Shown here: in pieces, positions 49,752 to 60,858 of the stretch
How positions within the stretch are numbered: position 1 is the first letter of the stretch
Layout: every line of letters starts with the position of its first letter
The notes under the pieces: model-generated
Databases searched by the model: none
Told to the model about the DNA's origin: nothing
The model's input: only the letters and a program-made list of their open reading frames with translations
Translations under genes and position numbers: made by a program
Assembly (NCBI GenBank): GCA_963834425.1
Contig: CAWIBR010000011.1
Location: forward strand, 3,308 to 67,307
Origin: an uncultured Actinomycetota bacterium
GTDB taxonomy: Bacteria > Actinomycetota > Actinomycetes > Actinomycetales > CAVURS01
Reading direction: 5' to 3'
DNA length: 64,000 nucleotides

Positions 49752-50369
49752 GTGGACATCAGCGCAACCGCCCGGACCGACGCCGGCCCCGATGTCCCGG
49801 CCCTCCGGCAGTGGCCGGATGCGGTCCTGGTCGCTCGGCTACGAGCTCGCGACGAGGCCACGTTTCGAGCGCTGGTCCAGGCGTGGTCGCCGATCATGCT
49901 GCGCCTGGCCGGGACTCACGTCGGCTCCACGGCGACGGCCGAGGAGGTAGTGCAGGAGACCTGGCTCGCGGTCATCCGTGGCCTGGACTCCTTCGAGGGC
50001 CGCTCCGCTCTGCGCACCTGGGTGCTGCGGATCTGCGTCAACCTGGCCAAGCGCACCGGCAGCCGGGAGAGTCGAGTTCGGCCATCGGGGCTGCCGAGCC
50101 CCGAGACCGACGCCACGCTGGACCCCGACCGTGGACCCGAGGCGCTGCTGCTGACCGCTGAGGTGCGCGACGTGCTCGTCGAGGCGGTGCGCGCCCTGCC
50201 CGAGCGGCAGGCGCAGGTCGTGGCGCTCCGCGACGTCCACGGCCTGGACAGCGCTGAGGTCGCCCAGCTGATCGGTGCCACCGAGGGCAACGTGCGGGTC
50301 CTGCTCCACCGTGGACGAGCGACCCTCCGGCAACACCTCGAGCTCTCGCAGTTCCGCCCGACTGGCTGA
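49752..50369 (+). CDS. ECF RNA polymerase sigma factor
   Basis: AEEVVQETWLAVIRGLDSFEGRSALRTW; LPERQ..VV.LRDV.G....EVA......GNVRVLLHRGR. Confidence 0.9.
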   Translation: MDISATARTDAGPDVPALRQWPDAVLVARLRARDEATFRALVQAWSPIMLRLAGTHVGSTATAEEVVQETWLAVIRGLDSFEGRSALRTWVLRICVNLAKRTGSRESRVRPSGLPSPETDATLDPDRGPEALLLTAEVRDVLVEAVRALPERQAQVVALRDVHGLDSAEVAQLIGATEGNVRVLLHRGRATLRQHLELSQFRPTG

Positions 50370-50391
50370 GTTCTGTTGCCGTCCAACCGGT

Positions 50392-52771
50392 TCAGTGCCG
50401 CCCGCCCGCGACCAGGGTCGTCGTCGGGGTGCTGAAGGCGGTGAGGAAGCGGTTGCGGAACGCGTCCATCGGCCAGACCGGAGCGTCAGCGGCCGGCCGC
50501 AGTCCCGGCTGCCAGCCCCAGGACGCGATCTGGTCGAAGACGGCCGGGTCACGGGCGACGATCGAGATGGGCACGTCGTGGGTCGCGCCGGGTCCACTCA
50601 CCTTCGGCGCCGGCTGGTGGTCGCCGAGCAGCACCAGCACCAGGTTGGGGTCGTCGGCGTTCTGCACGAACGAGATCAGCGACTGGATCGAGTACTGGAT
50701 CGACTCGCCGTACGACGCCCGCACGTTGTCGTAGTTCTGGTAGAGCTCGCCCACGGTCGGGCCCTGCGCGGGCATGGGGTCGAAGATCGACCCGTCGCCC
50801 AGTGCGTCCCAGGGGACGAGGTGCGGCAGCGGGGTCCACGGGTAGTGCGACGACACCAGGTCGATCTCGGCCATCACCGGTGCGTGCCCGGGTCCGAGCT
50901 CACGCTGCTGAAAAGCCTTGAGGGTGAACTGATCCGGCACTTTCGCATAGGAGAAGACCGGCCCGTGATAGCCGGTGTTCAGCCCGTTGTAGACCTGGGC
51001 GTAGTGATAGAACGACGTGCCCTCCGGCCAGGGACCCAGGTCGGACGGGTCATCGGCGACCGTGCGCCAGCCGGCCTGCTTGAAGGCATCGCTCAGGGTG
51101 TAGCGGCTGCTCTTGACCAACTGGTTGTAGCGCTGCTGGTTGTCGATCCACAGCCCGGACTGCAGCGTCGAGTGCGCCAGCCAGCTCAGGCCACCGAACG
51201 TGGGCGAGGTCAGGAACGCGCTCCGCGAGGTGTAGCCGGCGGCGGTCAGGGCCTTCGTGCCGCTGGCCAGGACCGAGTCGATGCCCGGGGCGAAGGTCGA
51301 GCCCTGCACGGCCGTCTGGCCGTAGCTCTCGACGAAGGCGACGATCACATCCTTGCCGCGCAGCCCGGTGAGCAGGCTGGCCGTCGGCGTCTGGCGCTGG
51401 GCGTCGGCGCCGACGAGCTGCTCGGGGAAGAGCTGCCGATCTCGCGCTGCCGCAGCGATATTGCGGACTTCGGTGGCGGCGAAGCCGGACGTGGATCCGG
51501 AGGCGACCGGCGTGCGCGGCTCGACGTCGATGCCGACCGTCGCACTGCCGACCCAGATCAGCGCCAGCGCGCCGACGACCCAGGCCGAGCCGCGCCGGTG
51601 GGTGGCGCTCAGCCGGGCCACCCTGCAGGGTGGCCCAGGCGAGCAAGGCCATGACGGCCACGGCCAACAGACCGGCGGCGCCGACCTCGGCGTACGCCCT
51701 CGTCGGCCCCACCGAATCGCGCAGAACCCCGATGGCCGGACCGAGGCTGCTCCACTCGACCACCGGGTTGAAGGCCCGGTCGAGCTCGGCGTAGTAGCCC
51801 ATGTCGAGGACCTTGAGCAGCACCAGGAGGCCGAGGACGGCACCGGCGGTGGCGGCCAGGATCTGCCGGGCCCGGCCGGGCAGCACCAGCGCGGCCGCGG
51901 CCAGGACGAGCCCCTCGACGGGGATCTGCACGAAGGTGCGCGCGGAGAGCCGGCCGAGCTGGTCCGGCCAGGCCAGCGCCGTCCAGACCATCGCGATCGC
52001 CACGACCGTCAGCGCCCGGCCGGCCCAGAGCCGCGCCTGCACCTGTCCGGCCGACGGTGTGACCTCGCGCGCGCGGCTCCGGTGGCGCGCCAGCCACGCG
52101 ATCTGGCGGCCGAACGACTCGGCGAGCAGGGCCAGCGCCGCGAGGGCCAGCGCCGTCGCGGCCGCCTGCGGCAGCCAGCCGGTGGCGATCACGATGAGGA
52201 CCACGCCCTGGGTCGCGGCGACCACCTTGGCCCAGTAGCGCGGCGGGGTCGACGCGCCCAGCCAGGGCCAGACCAGCGTGGCCGCCAGCAACAGGTAGCG
52301 GGCCAGTCCGATCACCAGCACCCAGGCCCCGACGGCCGGGGCGACGGCAATGCTGAGCACCAGGATCAGCAGCGCATCGACCTCCATGTCGAAGCGCGCG
52401 CCTACGTCCGATGCCGTGCCGGTACGCCGGGCCAGCCAGCCATCGACGCCATCCAGGGCGAGCGCCACCGTCGCCAGGCCGACGAGGGCAACGAGCCGTG
52501 AGCCGCTCAACGACCGGCCGAGCGAGTCGGCGACCAACGCGGCGACGCCGCCGATGAGGGCGCCGCGCGCGAGCGTGACCTGGTCGGCCGGGCGCCGCCG
52601 GCTCAGGTCCGACCGGGCCAGCGCCCGGCCCAGCAGGACCAGGATCGCCGCGTCGCAGGCAGTTCCGACCAGCCAGCCCCGAGCGCCCAGCCCGACGGTG
52701 ACCGCGAGCCCGACCAGCACGATCAGCGCCAGCCCGAGGCCGGGGAGCAAACGCGCTCGAACGGACAGCAC
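50392..52771 (-). CDS. CDP-alcohol phosphatidyltransferase fused to a membrane-anchored sulfatase/alkaline-phosphatase-fold domain (frameshift near 51625)
   Basis: [10 protein letters not shown]...G.RFDMEVD motif, in-frame TM region, then [24 protein letters not shown] and GDHQP. Confidence 0.82.
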
Positions 52772-52874
52772 TTCGTCTCCGTATCTGGGGGGTATACATC
52801 GTCCTACGGCGGATCTGAGTCGGGCGTTCACTGGCCGCACCACGCGACCACTGGCAGAGGAGGTCGTTGGCGCG

Positions 52875-53850
52875 ATGGCTGTCTCCGCACGCGCCTTCTG
52901 GCTCCGAGCGCCGGGCGAGGGGGAGATTCGCCCGGTCGATCTGGCTGAGCCGGGGCCGGGAGAGGTCCTCGTGCGCACGTTGTTCTCCGGCATCAGCCGC
53001 GGGACCGAGGCGCTGGTCTTCCGCGGTGGCGTGCCTGCGGCCCAGCGGGAGACCATGCGCGCGCCGTACCAGGAGGGTGAGTTCCCGGGCCCGGTGAAAT
53101 ACGGCTACCTCAATGTCGGCCTGGTCGAGTCCGGACCGTCGGAGCTGCTCGGCCGCACCGTGTTCTGCCTCTATCCCCACCAGACCCGTTACGTCGTGCC
53201 CGCCTTCGCGGTCACCGTGGTTCCGGATGGTGTGCCACCCCGTCGGGCCGTCCTCGCGGGCACGGTCGAGACGGCGGTCAACGCGTTGTGGGACGGCCCA
53301 CCGCTGATCGGCGACCGGGTCGCGGTCGTGGGCGGCGGCATGGTGGGCGCCTGCGTGACTCGGCTGCTGGCGGGCTTCCCGGGGGTCGGCGTGACGCTGG
53401 TCGACCCGAACCCGACGCGGGCTGCGCTGGCCGAGACGTTGGGCGCGGCGTACGCCTCGCCCGAGCAGGCGCCGCGAGAGCTCGACCTGGTCTTCCACGC
53501 CAGCGCGACGGCGGCCGGCCTGCAGCTCTCGCTCGACCTGCTGAGGCGGGACGCCACCGTGGTCGACCTCAGCTGGTACGGCGATCGCCCGGTCAGCGCT
53601 CGACCTGGGCGCGGCGTTCCACGAGCGGCGGCTCACGGTGCGGGGCAGCCAGGTCGGGACGATCGGCGCGGCGCGGCGATCCAGCCGCACCACCGAGGAC
53701 CGGTTGAGGTTGGCCTTGGATCTGTTGCGGGACAACGCCTTCGACGCGTTGCTGACCGGGTCGTCCCGGTTCGAAGATCTTCCGGCGACGATGGCCGGCA
53801 TCGAGACGATGGACGGCTTGTGTCACACGATCGACTACGAGGGGGAGTGA
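52875..53850 (+). CDS. Zinc-binding alcohol dehydrogenase (MDR) family (frameshift near 53600)
   Basis: [26 protein letters not shown] and VVGGGMVG motifs. Confidence 0.85.
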
Positions 53851-53855
53851 GCGCG

Positions 53856-54254
53856 ATGTACAGCGTGACGGTGCGCGACTCGGTGATGATCGCCCACAGC
53901 CTGGACGGCGAGATCTTCGGTCCGGCCCAACGGATGCACGGCGCAACCTACGTCGTCGACGCGACCTTTCGCGGACCGGAGCTGGACCCGAACGGCATCG
54001 TCGTCGACATCGGCCGGGCCGGCGAGCAGCTGCACGCGGTCCTGGCCGACCTCAACTACCGCAACCTCGACGACGAGCCGGCGTTCGCCGGGGTCAACAC
54101 GACCACCGAGATGCTCGCTCGCACCATCGCCGACCGGCTGGCCGAGCGGGTGCACGCGGGCGACCTCGGGGCCGCGGCCGGCCGGCTGACCGGGATTGTC
54201 GTGACCCTGCGCGAGACGCACGTGGCGTGGGCGTCCTACGAGCGAGCCCTGTGA
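53856..54254 (+). CDS. 6-pyruvoyl-tetrahydropterin synthase/QueD family, PTPS-IV-type
   Basis: MIAHSL....[23 protein letters not shown] and LRET motifs; lacks the QueD CxxxHGH. Confidence 0.85.
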   Translation: MYSVTVRDSVMIAHSLDGEIFGPAQRMHGATYVVDATFRGPELDPNGIVVDIGRAGEQLHAVLADLNYRNLDDEPAFAGVNTTTEMLARTIADRLAERVHAGDLGAAAGRLTGIVVTLRETHVAWASYERAL

Positions 54255-55334
54255 CCGACGCTGCCGTGGGCGCTGTGACTGGTGCTGCCGTGGCGCACCT
54301 GGTCGTGCCGGCCGGCTACGACGATCCGCAGCGAGCCAGTGGTGGCAACGCCTACGACCGCGAGGTCCACACGGGGCTCGTCAGGCGCGGCTGGTCGGTC
54401 GCGGTCCACCCGATTTCGGACGCCTGGCCGTTGCCGCACAACGGAATCGGGACTGCGATCGACAGCGAGCTCGCCAGCATCCCGGCCGGCGGGGTCGTCG
54501 TCGTGGACGGGCTGTTGGGCGGGGTGGCCGCCACCGAGCTGGTCCGGCACGCCGCCCGGCTGCGGCTGGTGGTGATGGTGCACATGCCGGAGCCGCCGGG
54601 CGCACCGCCCGGCCCAGTGCTGCGGGCTGCGCGACTAGTGATCGCCACCAGCCAGGCGACCGGCCGGGCCTTGACTACCGAGCATGACCTGGCCCCCGCG
54701 GGACTGCTCGTCGCACCTCCGGGTGTGACGTCGGCCGAGGCGGCGGTCGGCACACCGACTGGAGGTGCGCTGCTCTGTGTCGCGGCGGTCAGCGCGGCCA
54801 AGGGGCACGACGTGCTCTTTGCGGCGCTCGCCGAGCTGACCCGGCGTACGCCTCGGGCGTGGTCCTGCGTCTGCGCAGGCGACCTGGACCGGGACCCGGA
54901 TTTCGTGGACCGACAGCGGCGGGAGCTGGCCGAGCGCGGGTTGTCGGAGCGGGTGCACCTGGCCGGGACCCTGGCCGGGGCGCAGCTCGACCGGGCCTAC
55001 GCTGCGGCCGACCTGCTGGTCCTGGCGTCGCGGCATGAGGGCTACGGGATGGTCGTCACTGAGGCGTTGGCGCGTGGGCTGCCGGTGATCGCCACCGCAG
55101 TCGGCGGCGTGCCCGAGGCACTCGGCCACGCGGCGCGGTGGGCGACGGCCAGGGATCCTGGTGCCGCCCGGCGATGCCGATGCGTTGGCCGCCGCGGTCT
55201 CCGGCTGGCTGGACGACGCCGAGCTGCGTGAGGAGCTGCGGGCCGTGGCCCTGGACCGGCGGGCGGGACTGGCCGGCTGGCCGGCGACCGTCACGGCGAT
55301 CTCCGCAGCGCTGAGCGGCCTGGCGGTCGCGTGA
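54251..55334 (+). CDS. GT4 family glycosyltransferase (frameshift near 55140)
   Basis: SGGNAYD, KGHDVL and [20 protein letters not shown] motifs. Confidence 0.87.
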
Positions 55335-55396
55335 TGCTCACCGGTGAACTGCAGCGCCGCGCCCCGCGTAAGCATCACGTGACCGGGCCGGCAGGG

Positions 55397-56467
55397 GTGA
55401 GCGCAGCGATGACGGCCGGGGCGACCGCCCGGGCCGGTCGAGGCCTGAGCAGCGAGGTGCGTGCGCGCATCTGGCGGTGGGCGCGGCTGGCCGGAGGTCT
55501 CGCCATCCTGGCCCTGCTCGTCGTCCGCCTGGGCGCCACGCCGTTCGTCGACGGGCTGCGCGAGGTAGATGCCCGATCGTTGCTCGCGGCCCTGGCCATC
55601 ACGGCGGTGACCACGGTCGTCTCGGCCTGGCGCTGGCGGCTGATCGCCCGGGGCCTCGGCCTGCCGATCCCGCTGGGCCGCGCCGTCGCGGCGTACTACC
55701 GCTCGCAGTTCCTCAACAGCGTGCTGCCCGGCGGTGTCCTGGGTGACGTGCATCGCGGCGTCCGGCAGGGCGAGGAGGGTCACGACGTCTCGGCCGGGCT
55801 GCGCAGCGTGGCCTGGGATCGGGCGGCCGGCCAGGTGGTGCAGGTCGCGCTGGCGGTCGTGGTGTTGCTCGTGTTTCCCTCGCCGGTGCGGACGGCCCTG
55901 GCCGTGACCGCGGGCGCCATCACCGCGGTGCTGTTGGTGTTTGCGGTGGTGGTCCTGCTGATGCCGTCTCGTGGCCGCTCGTGGCCGGTCCGGTTCGCCC
56001 GGACCGCGCGCGCCGACGTCCGGGCCAGCCTGCCGACCCGGCGGGTGGGGGTGGCTGTCTTCGCAGCGTCGTCGGTCGTCGTGGCCGGGCACGCCGCGGT
56101 CTTCCTGGTCGCGGCCCGGACCGAGGGCACCACAGCGTCGTTGAGCACCATGGTGCCGATCGCGATGCTGGTGCTGCTGGCCATGACGGTGCCGACGAGC
56201 GTTGGTGGTTGGGGGCCGCGTGAAGGCGTTGCGGCGTGGGCCTTTTCGATGGCCGGGTTAGGAGCGGCCCAGGGCGTCGCGACGGCCACCGTCTATGGCG
56301 TCCTGAGCCTGGTGGCCACCCTGCCGGGGGCCGCCGTGCTGGTCCGGAGGTGGTGGCTGCGCCGCGCCGCCCGGGCCGCGGCGACCATCGACCGCCCCGA
56401 GCCGGCGCGCACCCTGGTGGTCATCGGGAGGTCCGGCGCATGGCTGACCGGCCCTACACCCTGGTGA
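55397..56467 (+). CDS. Lysylphosphatidylglycerol synthase TM (UPF0104, flippase-like) protein
   Basis: AWRW, FLNSVLPGGVLGDVHR and P.SVGGWGPREG motifs. Confidence 0.85.
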   Translation: MSAAMTAGATARAGRGLSSEVRARIWRWARLAGGLAILALLVVRLGATPFVDGLREVDARSLLAALAITAVTTVVSAWRWRLIARGLGLPIPLGRAVAAYYRSQFLNSVLPGGVLGDVHRGVRQGEEGHDVSAGLRSVAWDRAAGQVVQVALAVVVLLVFPSPVRTALAVTAGAITAVLLVFAVVVLLMPSRGRSWPVRFARTARADVRASLPTRRVGVAVFAASSVVVAGHAAVFLVAARTEGTTASLSTMVPIAMLVLLAMTVPTSVGGWGPREGVAAWAFSMAGLGAAQGVATATVYGVLSLVATLPGAAVLVRRWWLRRAARAAATIDRPEPARTLVVIGRSGAWLTGPTPW

Positions 56468-57133
56468 GCTGCTGCATGTCGCTCGACGGGTACCTCGGCA
56501 GCAGCACCGAGCCGCGGCTGCAGTTGTCCAACGACGAGGACTTCGACCGGGTCGACGAGGTGCGGGCCGGCTGCGACGCGATCCTGGTCGGCGCTGGCAC
56601 GGTCCGCGCCGACGACCCCCGGCTCACGGTCAAGTCGGCCGCACGGCGCGAGGAGCGGTTGGCGGGCGGGCGCACCGGCTCGCCGACCAAGGTCACGCTC
56701 ACCCGCTCCGGGCGCGTGGACGCACGCGGCGCGTTCTTCCACGCGGGTGACGGTGAGCGGCTGGTCTACTGCGCCAGCCCGGCCGCGGCCGAGCTGGCCG
56801 GACGACTGGGCTCGCTGGGCACGGTCGTCGATGCCGGGCCGGACGTCGATCTCGGTTTCGTCGTTCGGGACCTCTCGGCGCGGGGGGTCGGGCGGTTGAT
56901 GGTCGAGGGCGGTGGCACCGTCATCACCGCCTTCCTGATGGCCGAGCTGGCCGACGAGCTGCAGCTGGCCGTCGCTCCGCTGTTCGTCGGCGACCCGCTC
57001 GCCCGGCGGTTCGTCGACGACGGCCCGTTCCCGTGGACGGCTCGCGAGCCGCGCCCGGCTGGCGGAGGTCCGGTCGATCGGCGATGTTGTCCTGATGCGC
57101 TATGCCCTCTCGCCCCGGTTCGGGTCCGCATGA
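56440..57133 (+). CDS. RibD C-terminal-type pyrimidine reductase (frameshift near 57050)
   Basis: SLDGY, DAILVGAGTVRADDP.L and LMVEGGG; natural end GDVVLMRY...* in a shifted frame overlaps the next ATG. Confidence 0.85.
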
Positions 57134-57765
57134 GCGGGCGGCCGCCGGAGGCGACGGTGCGCCGAGCCGTCGTCGTACCGTTGCGGTTCGGCGACTTCGT
57201 CACGCCGGGCCGGCTGGTCACGTTCGACGGGCTGGTCGACGGGCGCGAGCACCTGGCCATCGGGCTCGGAGAGCCGGGCTCCGTGCCGCTGGTCCGCCCG
57301 CACAGCGAGTGCCTGTCGGGCGACGTCTTCGGCAGCGAGCGCTGCGACTGTGGGCCACAGCTGCGCGAGGCGGTCGAGCGGATCGCGGAGGTTGGGGGCT
57401 ACCTGCTCTATCTGCGCCAGGAGGGTCGCGGGATCGGGCTCTACGACAAGCTCGACGCCTACGCCCTGCAGGACCAGGGCCTGGACACCTACGACGCCAA
57501 CCTGGCGCTCGGGCACGACTGCGACGAGCGCGACTACACCGCGGCCGCGCAGATGCTGGTGGCCCTCGGTGCCCGGCGGATCGCGTTGCTGAGCAACAAC
57601 CCGGACAAGCGGCAGCAGCTGCAGAGCAACGGGATCGAGATCGTCGAGGAAGTCCCGACCGACCTGCACCTGTCGGCGGACAACGCGCGCTACCTCGCGA
57701 CCAAGCGTGAGCGTGGCGGCCACACCCTGCGCGACGTCGTTCACGCCTTCGACCCGGACGCCTAG
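57130..57765 (+). CDS. ribA: GTP cyclohydrolase II family
   Basis: RPHSECLSGDVFGSERCDCGPQL, YLRQEGRGIGL..K, LLSNNPDK and YL.TK....GH motifs. Confidence 0.92.
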   Translation: MSGRPPEATVRRAVVVPLRFGDFVTPGRLVTFDGLVDGREHLAIGLGEPGSVPLVRPHSECLSGDVFGSERCDCGPQLREAVERIAEVGGYLLYLRQEGRGIGLYDKLDAYALQDQGLDTYDANLALGHDCDERDYTAAAQMLVALGARRIALLSNNPDKRQQLQSNGIEIVEEVPTDLHLSADNARYLATKRERGGHTLRDVVHAFDPDA

Positions 57766-57871
57766 CCCGCAGCCGCCGGATCTGCGCACGAGCGACAACG
57801 AAGCAACCGCGCGTCAGAGCTGACGCGCCGCTGCATCGATGGCGACCGAACGCGCCGGGTAGGTTCGACGG

Positions 57872-59170
57872 ATGGCGGGAGAGCGGGGCGGCGGCGGACC
57901 GGTCAGCAACGCGGTGTTTGCGGGCGGATTGGGGGCCCTCGCCGGTCTGGCGCTCAGCGGCGGACGCGGTCGGCGAGGGGCCATCGAGGGCGCCATCGGC
58001 GGCGCGGCGGCGCTGGCGGCGATCGACGCGTGGAGCCGGGCTCGGTTGGGGCCCAACGAGATTCCGCGCCTGCCGGGCCGGATCGCCGCGAGCGCAGCCA
58101 TCGCCGCTCCGCTGGGCTGGGTCGCCGGTCGGTTCAGCGGTCAGGGGCCGCGAGTGATCGGTACGGCGGCGGGCGCGGCCGCGGGCCTGCTCGGGCTGCG
58201 TCCGCAGAAGGTCGCGCTCGGCCCAGCCGTCGGCCTCGCGGTCGGCGTCGCCCTGGAGCGTCGCCGCGCGCCGGCCGCCGTGGTCGCAGCGGCGAGCGTG
58301 GCGTCGTACCGCGTGGTGTCGGCGTTGCTGTTCCGCGACGCCCAGGTGAGCCTGCTTGCGGAGCGGGCCCGCGCGGAGGATCTGCCGTTCGTCGTGCCGC
58401 TGGAGTCGCGCACCCGCTACGTCGGCACGAGCTACGTCCGAGAGCTGGCCGGAGTCCTGGGTGGGGACTACCAGGCGGCGGCGCCCGACGTCGGGATCGT
58501 GGCCTCCATCGACGAGCTAGCCGGCCCGGATTTCGAGCCCGCCCAGGTGGATCCGCTCGTTCGCGAGTTCTACGAGCACACCACCCGGTTCCGCCTGGAC
58601 ATCGTCCCCGAGTGGCGCCTGTGGGTGCGCCCGGGCTACCTGCTCTATCGCGCCTTCGTGGCCCGACCGCTCGGGCAGGCCAGCGTGCCGATGAACCAGC
58701 GGGAGGCCCAGCGCGGCGTGCGCAGCCGGATCGACACCATCACCTCGGCGGCGAGCGAGGAGGGTCCGGCGCTCGACATCCGCGGGTGGATCCGGTCCTA
58801 CGCCGACACCGACGAGCCGATCTACGTCGGCATCTACACGACCTATCGCAGCGAGGGTCGCGGCTACGTCAGCGTGGGCTTTCCGTTGCCCCAGGCCAGC
58901 TTCACGGCGACCCTGACCCCCCGCGCCCGGCCCGATGGCGGCCTGGTGCTGACGAGTCGCAGCGACCTAGGCCAGCCTGGGCACTACCTCTCCTACATCG
59001 ACGCCGAGACGCGCGAGCTGACCACGCTGGCCGTGCCTGGTTTCAGCGAGGAGCTGGATGTCTACGCCGACGGTGATGGGTTGCGCGCCGAGCATGCGTT
59101 CTGGGTCTTCGGTTTTCCGTTCCTCGTGCTGCACTACGACATCCGCCGCAAGCCGCTCAGCGCGGACTGA
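57872..59170 (+). CDS. Hypothetical protein (Gly/Ala-rich membrane N-terminus, YndJ-like C-terminal domain)
   Basis: [17 protein letters not shown] and YVG.Y...GY.SV.FPLP motifs. Confidence 0.65.
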   Translation: MAGERGGGGPVSNAVFAGGLGALAGLALSGGRGRRGAIEGAIGGAAALAAIDAWSRARLGPNEIPRLPGRIAASAAIAAPLGWVAGRFSGQGPRVIGTAAGAAAGLLGLRPQKVALGPAVGLAVGVALERRRAPAAVVAAASVASYRVVSALLFRDAQVSLLAERARAEDLPFVVPLESRTRYVGTSYVRELAGVLGGDYQAAAPDVGIVASIDELAGPDFEPAQVDPLVREFYEHTTRFRLDIVPEWRLWVRPGYLLYRAFVARPLGQASVPMNQREAQRGVRSRIDTITSAASEEGPALDIRGWIRSYADTDEPIYVGIYTTYRSEGRGYVSVGFPLPQASFTATLTPRARPDGGLVLTSRSDLGQPGHYLSYIDAETRELTTLAVPGFSEELDVYADGDGLRAEHAFWVFGFPFLVLHYDIRRKPLSAD

Positions 59171-59327
59171 CCAGGAGGGTGAACCGTCGCCGATTGAGGT
59201 AAAGCGCTTCCAACGGCGAGGTAAGGCCTCCTCGTCGACCGCCTTCCAGCGCGGCTCAACATTGACGTCGGGCCTGATCGAGAGCAACGTCGGCAGCGGC
59301 GTGAGTCCCGATCAGTGGAGGTGTCTG

Positions 59328-59777
59328 GTGCCTGATTCCACACCGCAGGCGGAGCGAATGGTCTTGGCGCACTTCATCGTCTCCAACGACGTCGAGCGCT
59401 CCCGGCGCTTCTACACCGAGGTGCTCGGCGGCAGCGTGGTCTTCACCCACGAGGAACTGACCTACGTCGCACTGGCCAACACCTTCATCATCATCAACGT
59501 CGGCGGAGGCCCAACCGATGACAAGCCGACGGTCACGCTGGAGGCTCCGCGGGACCCTGACCATGTCAGCAGCTTCCTGAACATCCGGGTCGAGGACATC
59601 CAGGCCGTCTACGCCGAATGGAGCGCTCGGGGGGCCCGGTTTCTGACTCCGCCGAAACAGCACCAGTACGAGATTCGTTGCTACATCAGCGATCCCGACG
59701 GTCACCTGATCGAGGTGGGCCAAACGACCGACCCGTCCGGTGACTGGTCGAGGTGGCTCCCAGCTGTCTCCACCTGA
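59328..59777 (+). CDS. VOC/glyoxalase family protein
   Basis: DVERSRRFY.EVLG, LNIRVEDI and Y.SDPDGHLIEV motifs. Confidence 0.87.
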   Translation: MPDSTPQAERMVLAHFIVSNDVERSRRFYTEVLGGSVVFTHEELTYVALANTFIIINVGGGPTDDKPTVTLEAPRDPDHVSSFLNIRVEDIQAVYAEWSARGARFLTPPKQHQYEIRCYISDPDGHLIEVGQTTDPSGDWSRWLPAVST

Positions 59778-59837
59778 TCAGATGGGCCAGGCCGTCGACG
59801 CGATGGTCGACACCGGGACGCAGTGGAAGCCTCGCTC

Positions 59838-59972
59838 ATGACGACGGCGATCATCGGCACGGGTGGGATCGGATCGATCATCGCCCGCAGGCTCGCCTCG
59901 GGAAGCGAGCTCCTGCGGCTCGCCAGCGCAGACCATCACCGGAGCCGGCCGTCCTCTTGGATCCTGAGTTGA
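59838..59972 (+). pseudogene. 5' remnant of an NAD(P)-binding (F420-oxidoreductase-like) gene
   Basis: MTTAIIGTGGIGSIIARRLASG Rossmann start; stops after 44 aa with no continuation visible. Confidence 0.6.
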
Positions 59973-60027
59973 AGGGAATCCAGCACTCAGGATGGCGGTT
60001 CTAGCTGGCTTCCATCCGCCCGCTGCG

Positions 60028-60771
60028 TCAGGCTGCGGTGCGGCCGGCGTCGGCGGCGATCGTTGATCCGGTGAGATAGCTCGACGCGTCCGAAGCCAGG
60101 AAGCCGATGACCTCGGCGATCTCTTCGGGCGACGCGAGCCGGCCGAGGATCGTCGTACCGGCCACTTGGGCCGCCCCCTGTTCGCCCATCGCGGCCATCA
60201 CCATGTCGGTGCGGGTCGGTCCGGGGGCGACGGTGTTGACCCGGATCCCCGCGGAGCCGAGCTCGACGGCCCAGGTGCGGGTCAGCGACTCGATGGCCGC
60301 CTTGGTCGCGCCGTACGTCGAGAGGCCGGCCATGCCGACACTGGCGGCCATGGTGCTGATGTTGATGATGCTTCCGCCGCCACGCGAGATCATGCCGGGC
60401 ACGATCGCGGCGGTCAGGAAGTACGGCGCGCGGACGTTGAGGTCGAAGGCAGCTTCGAAGCCGTCGACGTCCTGGTCGACGAGGGCGCCGCCGGGGAAGA
60501 TCGCCGCGTTGTTGACCAGGACATCCACCGGGCCAACGGCTTCGGCCAGCGCCCTGATGGACGACAGGTCTCCGAGGTCGGCGGCCACGAACCGGGCCTG
60601 GCCACCCTCCGCCGCGATGGTCTCGACGACGGCTGCACCGCGGACGGCGTCGCGACCCGTGACGATGACGGCGGCGTCGCGACGGGCCAGCAGGGCCGCG
60701 GTCGCGGCGCCGATGCCGGCGGTGGAGCCGGTGATCAGGGCCGTCTTGCCGGTGAGATCGGTGGCGTTCAT
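60028..60771 (-). CDS. Short-chain dehydrogenase/reductase
   Basis: TGSTAGIG, LVNNA, YGATK and RVNTVAPG motifs. Confidence 0.93.
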   Translation of the reverse strand: MNATDLTGKTALITGSTAGIGAATAALLARRDAAVIVTGRDAVRGAAVVETIAAEGGQARFVAADLGDLSSIRALAEAVGPVDVLVNNAAIFPGGALVDQDVDGFEAAFDLNVRAPYFLTAAIVPGMISRGGGSIINISTMAASVGMAGLSTYGATKAAIESLTRTWAVELGSAGIRVNTVAPGPTRTDMVMAAMGEQGAAQVAGTTILGRLASPEEIAEVIGFLASDASSYLTGSTIAADAGRTAA

Positions 60772-60858
60772 GGCGGGTCTCCTCTGGGGTGTTCTGGCTT
60801 GTGCGATCCAGAGTGCCGAGGTAAAAATGGATCAGCAACTCCAGAAATGAGGATCGAG

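Noticed and set aside
52350-54254. Apparent dehydrogenase-PTPS fusion (634 aa ORF)
   Set aside because: The dehydrogenase C-terminus is in the 53638-53850 frame with its own stop; this is a frameshift artefact.
56236-57765. Apparent RibD-RibA fusion (509 aa ORF)
   Set aside because: The natural RibD C-terminus (GDVVLMRY...*) lies in another frame and ends in an ATGA overlap at 57130-33, so the fusion comes from a frameshift near 57050.
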